A stretch of DNA of 64,000 nucleotides from Candidatus Poriferihabitaceae bacterium (GTDB lineage Bacteria > Pseudomonadota > Gammaproteobacteria > Arenicellales > Poriferihabitantaceae): NCBI GenBank assembly GCA_965249835.1, contig CBDFMY010000003.1, positions 1,249,979-1,313,978 on the forward strand, given 5' to 3'. The position numbers and the translations under genes were made by a program. The notes below the pieces were generated by a model that made no database searches, had not been told where the DNA came from, and was given only the letters and a program-made list of their open reading frames with translations. This document shows positions 51,094-60,845 of the stretch, in pieces (the stretch's first letter is position 1; every line of letters begins with the position of its first letter).

Positions 51094-52296
51094 GTGCATC
51101 CCACCGCCAACAACGGATTCATCGATTTGCGCGTGGGCCACGGCGCGCGCGGAATCGGCGACGACAGCGTGTGGCCGTCGTTCACCGACATCATGACGGT
51201 GATCGTGATGATATTCCTGATGGCGTTCGTGATCATGATGATGCGCAACTTTGAACTAGACCGCCAATTGACCACCACCGAAATTTCCCGCGAAGCCGGC
51301 CTCGCGGCCAATCGCGGTTTGCTGGATAAAATCCACGCCCTTGAAGCCCAAACCAAGGGCCTTCAACAGTCCCTCGGCATCAGCCAGGGCGAGCGAGACG
51401 CGCTGCAGGCGCAACTGCTGGAAGAATTGAAACGCATCAAGTTGATGGTCGCCGACAACCGCAACCTTGACGAGCAACTCGCCGCCATCATCGTCGAGCG
51501 CAGCCGCTTGTTCGAGGAAAAGCAGCAACAGGCGGAGCAGTCCGGTGCGCGCATCGCCGCGCTGACCGCCAGCGAAGCGGACTTAAGTCAACGCATCAGC
51601 GCAGTGAGCGAGCAGCTCGCCAATCTCGAACTCCGCTCGGCCGGTGAAATCGAAACTTTGAGCACCGCCAACCTGACGCTCACTCAGCAACTCGACCAAG
51701 TGGCAACGCAACTGGAACAGGTTAGAGTGTTATTGCAAACCGAACAGCAACAGCGTCGCGCGCTCGGTCTGCAGATTGAAGTTCAGGAGCGCGAATTGGC
51801 CGAAAAACAGGAATGGCTCACGCAGTTGCAGTCCATGCAAGAGCAATCCACCGAACGCTACGCCGAAGCCCGTGCGCAAATCGACCGCCTCAACCAATCC
51901 ATCCATCGCCGCGAAATCGAAAACGCCGCCTTGCAAGAACTCGCTGATGTGTCCGACCAACGCTTCCATTCGTTGCAGGAAGAATACGACTCATTGGACG
52001 CCGAATACCGAACTCTGGTTCGTCCGGCGCGCAACTCGGCGGGCAAGTATGTGGTGGAAGTGTGGATTCTAAAATCCGGCGACCAATACCACTTTCGCCT
52101 GAAACAACCCGCGCAACCCGCCGCCGTGGATTACGCGGAAGATCACCTGCATCAACGCCTCGCCGCACTCAAAGCGAAGCAGGGGAAAAATCTCTACACC
52201 AAAATAATCATTCCCGAAAACAACTCGCTGTCGCACAACGAAGCATGGCGCATCACCCGGGAAATTTTGCAAGGATATGATTATTATTATCAGTAA
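51094..52296 (+). CDS. MotB/ExbD-like single-TM protein with long coiled coil
   Basis: [30 protein letters not shown] (single TM with Asp), about 240 aa Gln/Glu-rich coiled coil, C-terminal globular tail. GTG start at 51094 tentative. Confidence 0.7.
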   Translation: MHPTANNGFIDLRVGHGARGIGDDSVWPSFTDIMTVIVMIFLMAFVIMMMRNFELDRQLTTTEISREAGLAANRGLLDKIHALEAQTKGLQQSLGISQGERDALQAQLLEELKRIKLMVADNRNLDEQLAAIIVERSRLFEEKQQQAEQSGARIAALTASEADLSQRISAVSEQLANLELRSAGEIETLSTANLTLTQQLDQVATQLEQVRVLLQTEQQQRRALGLQIEVQERELAEKQEWLTQLQSMQEQSTERYAEARAQIDRLNQSIHRREIENAALQELADVSDQRFHSLQEEYDSLDAEYRTLVRPARNSAGKYVVEVWILKSGDQYHFRLKQPAQPAAVDYAEDHLHQRLAALKAKQGKNLYTKIIIPENNSLSHNEAWRITREILQGYDYYYQ

Positions 52297-52349
52297 CGCA
52301 ATCGGCTGAGAGAAAATTCAAACCCGGGCCAAAGCCCAACCCCAAACCC

Positions 52350-54230
52350 ATGAAATACCCCGACCCATTCGCTGTCATCGTCATCGGTGCCGGACACGCC
52401 GGTGTTGAAGCCGCGCTTGCCGCCGCCCGGGTCGGGTGCCGCACTTTGCTGGTTACCCATAACATTGAAACCATCGGGCAAATGTCGTGCAACCCGGCCA
52501 TCGGCGGCATTGGCAAGGGACACATCGTCAAGGAAATAGATGCCATGGGCGGGGTGATGGCGCGTGCCATTGACCAAGCGGGGATTCACTTTCGCACACT
52601 CAATTCGCGCAAAGGTCCGGCGGTACAGGCGACTCGCGCTCAGGCCGATCGGGCGTTGTATAAAATGGCGATTCGGCGGGCGGTGGAGCATCAACCCAAC
52701 CTGACGCTTTTCCAGCAACCGGTGGATGACCTGCTGGTGCATAACGGCCGCGTCACCGGCATCAAAACCCAATTGGGCATTGAGTTCAACGCCGCCACGG
52801 TTGTGCTTACCACCGGGACTTTTTTGCACGGCAAAATTCATGTTGGCTTCAACAGCGACCGCGCCGGTCGTGCCGGCGACCGGTCGTCTTTGGCGTTGGC
52901 GGATCGTCTGCGCGAGATGCCGTTCACCGTGAGTCGTTTGAAAACCGGTACGCCGCCGCGCATAGATGGTCGGACCATCGACTACACCCAACTCGAAGCC
53001 CAGCCGGGCGATCAGCCGCCGCCGCGTTTTTCCTTTCACGGCGATGTGAGTGCGCGTCCGCCGCAGGTGTGTTGCCACATCACCGCCACCAATTCCGACA
53101 CCCACGACCTCATCGTCGCCGCCCTCGACCGCTCGCCCATCTACGGCGGCGTCATCGAAGGCGTGGGACCGCGCTATTGCCCCTCCATCGAAGACAAAGT
53201 CGTGCGCTTCGCCGAGCGCAACAGCCATCAGATTTTTATCGAACCCGAAGGATTGAATACCACCGAAATTTATCCCAACGGCATCTCCACCAGTTTGCCG
53301 TTTGATGTGCAACATCGTTTCGTTCGAACCATTCGTGGATTCGAACGCGCGGTCATCACACGCCCCGGATACGCCATTGAATACGATTTCTTCGACCCGC
53401 GCGGACTCAAGCAAACCCTTGAGACCAAGTGCATCAAAGGTTTGTTTTTCGCCGGCCAGATCAACGGCACCACCGGCTACGAAGAAGCCGCCGGCCAGGG
53501 ACTCATCGCCGGCTTGAACGCCGCGTTGCTCGCGCACGGTCGCGAAGGCTGGTGCCCGGCTCGCAACCAGGCCTACATCGGCGTGATGATTGACGACCTC
53601 ATCACCCACGGCGCCGCCGAGCCTTATCGCATGTTCACCTCGCGCGCCGAATACCGCTTGCAACTGCGCGAAGACAACGCCGACCTGCGCCTGACCGAAA
53701 TCGCCCATCGCCTCGGTCTGGTGGACGACGACCGCAAACGCGCCTTTGACCGGAAACGCGAATCCATCGAAACCGAACGTCAACGCTTGCAGCAAACCCG
53801 GATTCACGCAAAAACGTTCGCCCCCGAACTGGCACACAAACTCCTCGGCCAGCCGCTGCAACGCGACACCAACCTGCTGGATTTGCTACGCCGTCCCGAA
53901 GTTACCTATAAAGACCTCATCGCCCTGGCCCCCGGCGCGCAGCAACTAACCGACCCGCAAGCCATCCGCCAACTCGAAACCGAGGCGCGATACAGCGGTT
54001 ACATCGAACGCCAAACCGCCGAAATTCAGCGACGGGAAAAATATCAAGACTTGCGTCTGCCGGCCGAGACCGATTATCACTCGGTGCGCGGGTTGTCTAC
54101 GGAAGCCCGTCAGAAACTGACCGAAGCCAAACCGCAAACGCTGGGGCAGGCATCGCGAATCCCGGGAGTAACGCCCGCGGCGGTTTCATTGTTGTTGGTG
54201 TATGTGAGAAAAAATCAGCGCGCAGCGTAG
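52350..54230 (+). CDS. mnmG: tRNA uridine-5-carboxymethylaminomethyl modification enzyme MnmG
   Basis: [21 protein letters not shown]...[24 protein letters not shown]...; [28 protein letters not shown]. Confidence 0.97.
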   Translation: MKYPDPFAVIVIGAGHAGVEAALAAARVGCRTLLVTHNIETIGQMSCNPAIGGIGKGHIVKEIDAMGGVMARAIDQAGIHFRTLNSRKGPAVQATRAQADRALYKMAIRRAVEHQPNLTLFQQPVDDLLVHNGRVTGIKTQLGIEFNAATVVLTTGTFLHGKIHVGFNSDRAGRAGDRSSLALADRLREMPFTVSRLKTGTPPRIDGRTIDYTQLEAQPGDQPPPRFSFHGDVSARPPQVCCHITATNSDTHDLIVAALDRSPIYGGVIEGVGPRYCPSIEDKVVRFAERNSHQIFIEPEGLNTTEIYPNGISTSLPFDVQHRFVRTIRGFERAVITRPGYAIEYDFFDPRGLKQTLETKCIKGLFFAGQINGTTGYEEAAGQGLIAGLNAALLAHGREGWCPARNQAYIGVMIDDLITHGAAEPYRMFTSRAEYRLQLREDNADLRLTEIAHRLGLVDDDRKRAFDRKRESIETERQRLQQTRIHAKTFAPELAHKLLGQPLQRDTNLLDLLRRPEVTYKDLIALAPGAQQLTDPQAIRQLETEARYSGYIERQTAEIQRREKYQDLRLPAETDYHSVRGLSTEARQKLTEAKPQTLGQASRIPGVTPAAVSLLLVYVRKNQRAA

Positions 54231-54240
54231 ATTGCGCTTG

Positions 54241-54351
54241 CCTATTTTCCGCCATGGTCGTTTTGCTGTGTAGTGTTGCGTTGCGTTGTCGCTTACTTAC
54301 TTAATGTAAGCGCGCTCCACCGCTCCTTGCGCGCCTTGCCTGACAACGAAA
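54241..54351 (+). repeat. Intergenic repeat family R1, downstream of mnmG
   Basis: CCTATTTTCCGCCATGG...TTGCGTTGTCGCTTACTTACTTAATGTAAGCGCGCTCCACCGCTCCTTGCGCGCCTTGCCTGACAACG. Confidence 0.93.
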
Positions 54352-54368
54352 ATACTGCGCACAATTTT

Positions 54369-54494
54369 GCGCGTATCATCCCTGATACGCGCCCTTCGGG
54401 CTCGCTTCGCTCGCGCCAATCAATTCATGGTGCTCCCGGCGATTTTTTCTCAATGTGCTTTGGCTTCTCAACGCGCTTTTGTCTTTTCAATTTA
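54369..54494 (+). repeat. Family R2 repeat with 46-bp 3' extension (copy 2)
   Basis: 80-bp R2 core followed by ctcaatgtgctttggcttctcaacgcgcttttgtcttttcaattta; matches 54718-54843 over 126 bp with 1 mismatch noticed. Confidence 0.95.
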
Positions 54495-54717
54495 TTATTG
54501 CCCTTTCATTCGTCATTCTCGCCGGCAGGCAAGTTGTTCTCGCCAAAGGCGAGAACCCAGAACTAAAAAACGATGAGAGTAACTAATACCGTCATAATCC
54601 AAGCCACATCTCCAGACCGTGATTCCTTTTGAGATGCCAAAAGCAACCGAGAAAAAGTTTTAATGTCGTTACGCCTTAGTGCGCTCAAAGCGGCGGCTAA
54701 CGCCGCCACTCTGGATT

Positions 54718-54843
54718 GCGCGTATCATCCCTGATACGCGCCCTTCGGGCTCGCTTCGCTCGCGCCAATCAATTCATGGCGCTCCCGGCGATTTTTTCTC
54801 AATGTGCTTTGGCTTCTCAACGCGCTTTTGTCTTTTCAATTTA
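54718..54843 (+). repeat. Family R2 repeat with 46-bp 3' extension (copy 3)
   Basis: Near-identical to 54369-54494. Confidence 0.95.
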
Positions 54844-54953
54844 CTATTACCTATAATTCGTCATTGTCCGGCTTGTTCCGGGCAATCCAGTTAAAAAACC
54901 CAGCGGCGTTAGCCGCCCGTCACGCAAAGCGCGTTCACGCGCAACCGCAAACA

Positions 54954-56126
54954 TCATCCTCCGCCAACCACCTCGCCGGTTGCCAACACCCCTTGCAACA
55001 CATCATCCAAAAACAAATACCCGCGCTCGCTGCATCGTATCCTGCCGCTTTCATGCACGACCAGTCCGCGCCCGATGGCATCGTCCAATACCGCCAGCAC
55101 CTCGTCGACATCCCGGCCAGTGCGTGTCGGTATCAGGTCGGTGTCAAAGCCGTCGATCAGGCGCAGGGCGTTCATTAACAATTCAAACCCCACATCCCGG
55201 TTCGCGATTTCTCCGCTCCCACCAACTCCGCACCCGTCCGTCACCGAGGTGAGATAGCGTTGCGGATGTTTGTGTTTCCAGTAGCGCGTGATTGCACCGT
55301 GCCGGGTTATTTTCCCGTGGGCGCCGGCACCGATGCCGAGGTAGTCGCCGAATTGCCAGTAGTTGAGATTGTGCCGACACCGCAGCCCCGCTTTGGCGTG
55401 GGCCGAGACCTCATAGCGTTCATAGCCGTGCTTGCGCGCCAACTCGTGCAGGGCTTCCTGCATTTCCATGAGGCAATCGTGCTCCGGCAGTTTTGGCGGA
55501 TGGCGATGGAACCAGGTGTTGGGTTCAATGGTGAGTTGATAGAGCGACAAATGTGCCGGAGAAAATTCCAGCGCGCCTTCCAAATCGCGGAGTGCCGCCC
55601 GGGTCGTCTGCTGCGGCAAGCCATACATCAAATCAAGATTGAAGTTGACCAACCCGGCATCGACAGCCGCACGAATGGCATTGCGAATTTCTTCGGCGGT
55701 GTGGATGCGTCCGAGTTGCTTGAGATGAGCGTCGTTAAAACTTTGCGCACCCAGCGACAGGCGGTTGACGCCGGCCGCCCGGTAGGCGGCAAAGTCGTCA
55801 TGCTCCACCGCGCCGGGATTGGCTTCCATGGTGATTTCGATGGCTTCGTCAAAGGCGATGCGCGATTGTATTTCGGTCAGCAATCGGGCGATGGCGTTGG
55901 CACCGAACAAACTTGGGGTGCCACCGCCCATGAACACGGAGACCAACTTTCGTTCGCCGCAGGCGTGGGTGGCAAGGTCGTGGTCAAGGTCCCGGATTAA
56001 GGTGGCGATGTAGGTAGGTTGGTCGATGGCACCGCGTTGTTGGTGGGAGTTGAAATCACAGTAGGGGCATTTTTTTACGCACCAGGGGAAATGGATGTAG
56101 AGGGAGAGGGGTGGATGGTTCATCAA
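54954..56126 (-). CDS. hemW: Radical SAM heme chaperone HemW
   Basis: LSLYIHFPWCVKKCPYCDFNSH; VFMGGGTPSLF; GLPQQTTRAALRDLEGALEFSPAHLSLYQLTIEPNTWF. Confidence 0.95.
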   Translation of the reverse strand: MMNHPPLSLYIHFPWCVKKCPYCDFNSHQQRGAIDQPTYIATLIRDLDHDLATHACGERKLVSVFMGGGTPSLFGANAIARLLTEIQSRIAFDEAIEITMEANPGAVEHDDFAAYRAAGVNRLSLGAQSFNDAHLKQLGRIHTAEEIRNAIRAAVDAGLVNFNLDLMYGLPQQTTRAALRDLEGALEFSPAHLSLYQLTIEPNTWFHRHPPKLPEHDCLMEMQEALHELARKHGYERYEVSAHAKAGLRCRHNLNYWQFGDYLGIGAGAHGKITRHGAITRYWKHKHPQRYLTSVTDGCGVGGSGEIANRDVGFELLMNALRLIDGFDTDLIPTRTGRDVDEVLAVLDDAIGRGLVVHESGRIRCSERGYLFLDDVLQGVLATGEVVGGG

Positions 56127-56149
56127 TTATACTTGCTCGTTCGCTTGCT

Positions 56150-56255
56150 TATTTTCCGCCATGCTTTGTTGCGCTACGTTGCGTTGTCGCTTACTTACTT
56201 AATGTAAGCGCGCTCCACCGCTCCTTGCGCGCCTTGCCTGACGAAAAATAATCTG
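56150..56255 (+). repeat. Intergenic repeat family R1, upstream of hemW
   Basis: ttattttccgccatgctttg...cgttgtcgcttacttacttaatgtaagcgcgctccaccgctccttgcgcgccttgcctgacg. Confidence 0.93.
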
Positions 56256-56339
56256 CGCTCGTCGTTCTGGCTCAAAACGCCGGCGGCTAACGCCGCCGCC
56301 CGCATCCTCGCCTGCGGCGAGAATAACGAACAACGAACG

Positions 56340-56966
56340 TTATTCTTTCTCCACCCACCGAATCAACGGCCGCCATTGCTCTACATCCTGATCCACCTGA
56401 TACGGCGACATCTCAAAAATCCCATGCCCGGCGTCGGCGGCGCGGATGTAGTTTTGAACATCGCGCAGGCGGGTGATGAGCGGAATTTTCATCTGGCTCA
56501 AAAATTGTTCAAGGTTATGGAAGATGAGCGTGTTTTCGCGGACGCGATTGGCGATTAAGCCAACCGAGGTGGCGTGCAGAAGATCGTCGAGCATAAGTTG
56601 GCCGATGAAGTGGCCGGCGGCGCGGATGTCAAGAGGCGAAGGCAACACCGGTATGATGACGCGGTCGGCAAATTTGAACAGGCGTTTTAACTGCTGTGTC
56701 GGAATGCGCGCCGGGGAATCCATGACCACCCGCTCAATGTCGGCGGAAAGGCTGGCGTGGCCGCGCTGACCGAGGCTGGCGTTGATGCCATGGATGGGGT
56801 TGAGGTTGGGGCTTCGTTGCTCCAGCCACTCAATGCTGGATTGCTGGGGATCGTAATCCACCAGTGCAACAGGCACTTTCCACAGCGCGTAGTAACTCGC
56901 CAGATTGGTCGCCAGCGTGGATTTTCCGCTGCCGCCTTTGGGATTGACCACTAGAATTGTTTTCAT
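56340..56966 (-). CDS. ParA/MinD-family ATPase, no adjacent ParB
   Basis: MKTILVVNPKGGSGKSTLATNLASYYALWKVPVALVDYDPQQSSIEWL; true start ATG 56966. Confidence 0.9.
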   Translation of the reverse strand: MKTILVVNPKGGSGKSTLATNLASYYALWKVPVALVDYDPQQSSIEWLEQRSPNLNPIHGINASLGQRGHASLSADIERVVMDSPARIPTQQLKRLFKFADRVIIPVLPSPLDIRAAGHFIGQLMLDDLLHATSVGLIANRVRENTLIFHNLEQFLSQMKIPLITRLRDVQNYIRAADAGHGIFEMSPYQVDQDVEQWRPLIRWVEKE

Positions 56967-57139
56967 CGTTTTCTCCGGTTGTGCCGACACCGCCGATATT
57001 TCTCTCACGCCGCCGTTCGGCGTGGCCAGCGTGGCCAATGGGGCTATTCTATACAGCAATATCAGGCAGATTCAAGACAAAAACCCACTACAATAGCCCG
57101 CACCACAATTCTGCCCACTGACCCCTGACCCGAAACCTC

Positions 57140-58492
57140 ATGCCCACATCCCACGATTTCATCATCCTCGGCGGCGGTAGCGGCGGGATTGCGGCGGCGC
57201 GGCGGGCGGCGGAGTACGGTGCGCGGGTGGTGCTGTTTGAGCCGGGGCGGTTGGGCGGGACCTGCGTGAATGTGGGTTGCGTGCCGAAAAAAGTGATGTG
57301 GAATGCGGCTCAGATTCACCAGGCGTTGGGGCTGGCCGGGGAGTACGGATTTACCGTTGAGGAGCGGGGATTCCACTGGGCGAAGTTGAAAGCGGCGCGA
57401 GATGTATATGTGCGACGGTTGAACCAGATTTACGCGGATAATTTGCAGGCGTCGGATGTGGAATTGATGGCATCGGCGGCGCGGTTTCATGGGCGCAATT
57501 CGGTGGAGGCAAATGGCACGGTTTATTCGGCGGCGCATATTCTGGTCGCCACCGGTGGATGCCCAACGGTGCCGGATGTGCCGGGCATGGAGTTGGCGAT
57601 TACCAGTGACGGGTTTTTTGAATTGGAGGCGCAACCGCAGCGGCCACTGTTGATTGGCGCGGGGTATGTCGCCACCGAGTTGGCCGGGGTACTGCACGGC
57701 ATGGGCAGTCAGGTTGCGATGTTGTTGCGCAAGGACCGATTGTTGCGCGCGTTCGATCGCACACTGGGGGATATGGTGATGGCGCAGATGCTTGCTGCCG
57801 GCGTTGACATTCGCACCGGCGTATTGTGCGAGGCGTTGTTCCGCGCCGCCGATGGCAGCCTCGGTTATCGTGCGGTGGGTGGGGAGTCGGATTCAGGCTT
57901 TGACTGCGTGATTTTCGCCGTGAGTCGCCATCCCAACACCGCCGAGTTGGTGCTGGAAAACGCCGGCATCGCGCCCGGGCGTAATGGTTTTGTCGAAGTG
58001 GATGCGTTCCAGAACACCGAAGCCGCCGGCATCTATGCGGTGGGCGATGTAACTCCCGCCACCCCGCTCACGCCGGTCGCCATCGCCGCCGCAAGACGCC
58101 TCGCCGACCGCTTGTTCGGCGGCCAGTTGGATGCGCGTTTGGAATACGAAAACATCCCCACGGTGGTGTTCAGCCATCCGCCCATCGGCACCGTTGGTCT
58201 TGGCTTCGAACGCGCCGCTGAAGTGTATGGCGAGGAAAATCTACGGGTGTATGAAAGCCGCTTCGTCAACATGCGCTATGCCGTTGCCGAGCACAAACCG
58301 CCGACCGTGGTGAAACTGATCACCACCGGGCCCGAGGAAAAAATCATCGGTTGTCATGTGGTCGGCGACGGTGCTGATGAAATGATGCAGGGGTTCGCGG
58401 TGGCGGTGAAAATGGGCGCGACCAAAGCGGACTTTGATAATACCGTGGCGATACATCCGACCGCGGCGGAAGAGTTTGTAACGATGAGATAA
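57140..58492 (+). CDS. Glutathione-disulfide reductase-like flavoprotein
   Basis: [46 protein letters not shown]; C-terminal [15 protein letters not shown]. Confidence 0.93.
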   Translation: MPTSHDFIILGGGSGGIAAARRAAEYGARVVLFEPGRLGGTCVNVGCVPKKVMWNAAQIHQALGLAGEYGFTVEERGFHWAKLKAARDVYVRRLNQIYADNLQASDVELMASAARFHGRNSVEANGTVYSAAHILVATGGCPTVPDVPGMELAITSDGFFELEAQPQRPLLIGAGYVATELAGVLHGMGSQVAMLLRKDRLLRAFDRTLGDMVMAQMLAAGVDIRTGVLCEALFRAADGSLGYRAVGGESDSGFDCVIFAVSRHPNTAELVLENAGIAPGRNGFVEVDAFQNTEAAGIYAVGDVTPATPLTPVAIAAARRLADRLFGGQLDARLEYENIPTVVFSHPPIGTVGLGFERAAEVYGEENLRVYESRFVNMRYAVAEHKPPTVVKLITTGPEEKIIGCHVVGDGADEMMQGFAVAVKMGATKADFDNTVAIHPTAAEEFVTMR

Positions 58493-58510
58493 TCCGCCGG
58501 CGGTTGCGCG

Positions 58511-58646
58511 TGCCTTTTCGTCGCCATGGTTTATTACGGTTTGTTATGCTGTGTAGTATAGTGTTGCGCATCATCGCTCGATCGCTCACATACTTAATGT
58601 ATTGCTCACTCCCTCGCTCCTCACGCGCCTTGCCTGACAACGAAAA
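58511..58646 (+). repeat. Intergenic repeat family R1, divergent copy
   Basis: tgccttttcgtcgccatggtttattacgg...tcgctcacatacttaatgtattgctcactccctcgctcctcacgcgccttgcctgacaacgaaaa. Confidence 0.8.
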
Positions 58647-58722
58647 AATCGCCGGGAGCGCCATGAATTGATTGGCGCGAGCGAAGCGAGCCCGAAGGGC
58701 GCGTATCAGGGATGATACGCGC
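58643..58722 (-). repeat. Intergenic repeat family R2, reverse orientation (copy 4)
   Basis: aaaaaatcgccgggagcgccatgaattgattggcgcgagcgaagcgagcccgaagggcgcgtatcagggatgatacgcgc. Confidence 0.95.
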
Positions 58723-59019
58723 AAAATAGGCGCGCAATTTTGCGCGTGCTCGCGCTTTGCGCGGGGTAAGTTTCCACGCGCCAGTTGATTGGGAGAATAG
58801 AGTAAGTGGGCGTGACAACGAAAGAATCAGTATTCGTCATCCTCGCCGGCAGGCAGAATCCAGTTATTAAACCCAGCGGCGTTAGCCGCTATCATTTCGG
58901 CGGCGAAGCCGCCGGTTTTTCGAACCAGAATTGTATAAATTCACTGTTTCGCTGACAGTTTTCCCCGCGACCCCCCCAAACACCGCCAAAACCCTCTCAC
59001 CAAGCGGCTGAAATTCTCC

Positions 59020-59073
59020 TTGACAATTCCCTGTCTGTTTACTTATAGTGTCGAAATGTGGGTAATTGTGGAT
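59020..59073 (+). promoter_or_regulatory. Predicted sigma70 promoter and MraZ-type operator of the mra/dcw cluster
   Basis: -35 TTGACA (59020-59025), 18-bp spacer, -10 TATAGT (59044-59049); TGTCG-N5-TGGGT-N5-TGGAT (59049-59073) with 10-bp period. Confidence 0.65.
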
Positions 59074-59103
59074 ATTTCTCCATAAAATGAACCAAATCTG
59101 ACC

Positions 59104-59562
59104 ATGTTTCGAGGAATACATTCACTGAATCTGGATGCCAAAGGGCGTCTGGCCATTCCGGGGCGATACCGGGATGACCTGACGAAGCGTAGCGGCGGGC
59201 AGATGGTGGTGACGGTGAATAACACCCAGGAGCACTGCCTGTGGTTGTATCCGCTGGATTCATGGCGGGGAGTCCAGCAGAAGGTGATGCGGTTGCCGGA
59301 TTTTGACCCCAATCATCAGAAACTCAAGCGGTTTTTCATCGGCTACGCCAGCGACCTGGAGATGGACAAAAGCGGGCGGGTGCTGTTGCCGGTGCCGCTT
59401 CGCGAGTTTGCGGCGATGAAGCGGGAGATTTGTTTGATCGGTCAGGGCAACAAATTTGAATTATGGAGCGCGGAATTGTGGAACGCACGGCGCGACCAAT
59501 GGTTGCAGGAAAACATGGACATGGAAAAGATTTCGGTGGAAATGGAGCAACTGTCGCTGTAG
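59104..59562 (+). CDS. mraZ: Transcriptional regulator MraZ
   Basis: MFRGIHSLNLDAKGRLAIPGRYRDDL; MDKSGRVLLPVPLREFAAM. Confidence 0.97.
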   Translation: MFRGIHSLNLDAKGRLAIPGRYRDDLTKRSGGQMVVTVNNTQEHCLWLYPLDSWRGVQQKVMRLPDFDPNHQKLKRFFIGYASDLEMDKSGRVLLPVPLREFAAMKREICLIGQGNKFELWSAELWNARRDQWLQENMDMEKISVEMEQLSL

Positions 59563-59567
59563 TCGGA

Positions 59568-60533
59568 ATGCCACGCGCACTCCATACCAATGGCCACACC
59601 CCGGTGCTGAAAGACGCCGTGATAAACGCCCTCAAAATCCACGCAGACGATCTGGTTGTTGATGCCACCTACGGGCGCGGCGGCCATGCGCGTGCCATCC
59701 TTGCGCACCTTGGCAATGGTGGCCGACTGCTCGCCATTGACCGCGACCCGGCCGCCATCGAGTGCGCACGCCACGACCTCGGTTCGGATTCCCGCGTGGA
59801 AATCATTCACGCGCCGTTTTCCCGACTCGGGGAAATTTTAGCCGAGCGCGGTCTCGGCGGTCGCGTGGCCGGCATGTTGTTTGACTTCGGCGTGTCCTCC
59901 CCTCAACTGGATGAAGCGCAGCGCGGCTTTGGTCTGAAATCCACGGGCCCGTTGGATATGCGCATGGATCCTTCCGATGGGTCGGCCGCCGCCGAATGGT
60001 TGGAAGACGTGGACGAACCGGAACTGGTGAAAGTGTTGCGCAGTTTCGGCGAAGAGCGTTTCGCCCGAAGAATCGCCCGCGCTATCAAGCAAACCCTGGC
60101 GTGCCAGCCGATTACCACTACCACCGAACTCGCCGACCTGGTCGCCGCCGCTTCGCCAACGCGCGAGGTTGGCAAACATCCCGCCACCCGAACCTTTCAA
60201 GCCATTCGCATCGCGGTCAACGACGAACTCGGCGAAGTGCGCAAAGTTCTGCCTCAAGCACTGGCCGGACTTGTCGCCGGCGGGCGACTGGTGATGATCA
60301 GTTTTCATTCGCTGGAAGATCGGCTGGTGAAACGCTTTTTTCGCGAGCAAGCCATCGGCGACCCGTATCCGCCGGACCTGCCGGTTACCGAATCGATGAA
60401 AAATCCCACGCTCAAACGGATTGGCAAACCGCAACGACCCGATGCGCGGGAAGTTGCGCGCAACCGGCGCGCAAGAAGCGCGGTGATGCGGGTTGCCGAG
60501 AAAATCGGGCGTGAGGAGAGAGGTGATTCATAA
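59568..60533 (+). CDS. rsmH: 16S rRNA (cytosine(1402)-N(4))-methyltransferase RsmH
   Basis: HTPVLKDAVINALKIHADDLVVDATYGRGGHARAIL; SFHSLEDRLVKRFF; start ATG 59568. Confidence 0.97.
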   Translation: MPRALHTNGHTPVLKDAVINALKIHADDLVVDATYGRGGHARAILAHLGNGGRLLAIDRDPAAIECARHDLGSDSRVEIIHAPFSRLGEILAERGLGGRVAGMLFDFGVSSPQLDEAQRGFGLKSTGPLDMRMDPSDGSAAAEWLEDVDEPELVKVLRSFGEERFARRIARAIKQTLACQPITTTTELADLVAAASPTREVGKHPATRTFQAIRIAVNDELGEVRKVLPQALAGLVAGGRLVMISFHSLEDRLVKRFFREQAIGDPYPPDLPVTESMKNPTLKRIGKPQRPDAREVARNRRARSAVMRVAEKIGREERGDS

Positions 60534-60820
60534 TGAATACATCCGGCATCAATAAATGGCTGGTAGTGCTGTGGCTCGCCATCGTGGTAAGTGCCATGGC
60601 CGTGGTCACGGTGCGCCACCAGAACCGTCTGGCTTTCATCGAATGGCGTCAGGTGGAAGCCGAGAAAGTTGAACTGCAATCCGAGCGCGGGCGGTTGATG
60701 TTGGAGAAAGCGACCTGGGCGAGTAGACGAAACATTATGGATGAAGCGCGTCAACGGTTGGGAATGGTGCCGCCACCACCGGATAAAATTATCACGCTCA
60801 CGCTGGAGGCCGGATCGTAG
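60533..60820 (+). CDS. ftsL: Cell division protein FtsL
   Basis: Small single-TM protein between rsmH and ftsI; WLAIVVSAMAVVTVRHQNRLAFIEWRQVEAEKVELQSERGRLMLEKATWAS. Confidence 0.88.
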   Translation: MNTSGINKWLVVLWLAIVVSAMAVVTVRHQNRLAFIEWRQVEAEKVELQSERGRLMLEKATWASRRNIMDEARQRLGMVPPPPDKIITLTLEAGS

Positions 60821-60845
60821 CCGCGCGGCGGCAGATCCAACTCCC

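Noticed and set aside
50107-52296. Zorya defence system (ZorAB)
   Set aside because: The membrane pair is reminiscent, but the ZorA-like long cytoplasmic tail, the ZorB OmpA-type peptidoglycan-binding domain and ZorC/D/E neighbours are absent.
52290-53861. 523-aa antisense ORF in mnmG
   Set aside because: Complementary-strand artefact of a conserved mnmG gene.
54367-58818. Recurring small ORFs MRVSSLIRALRARFARANQFM... at 54367, 58344 and similar
   Set aside because: They are translations of the R2 intergenic repeat in different contexts, not homologous genes.
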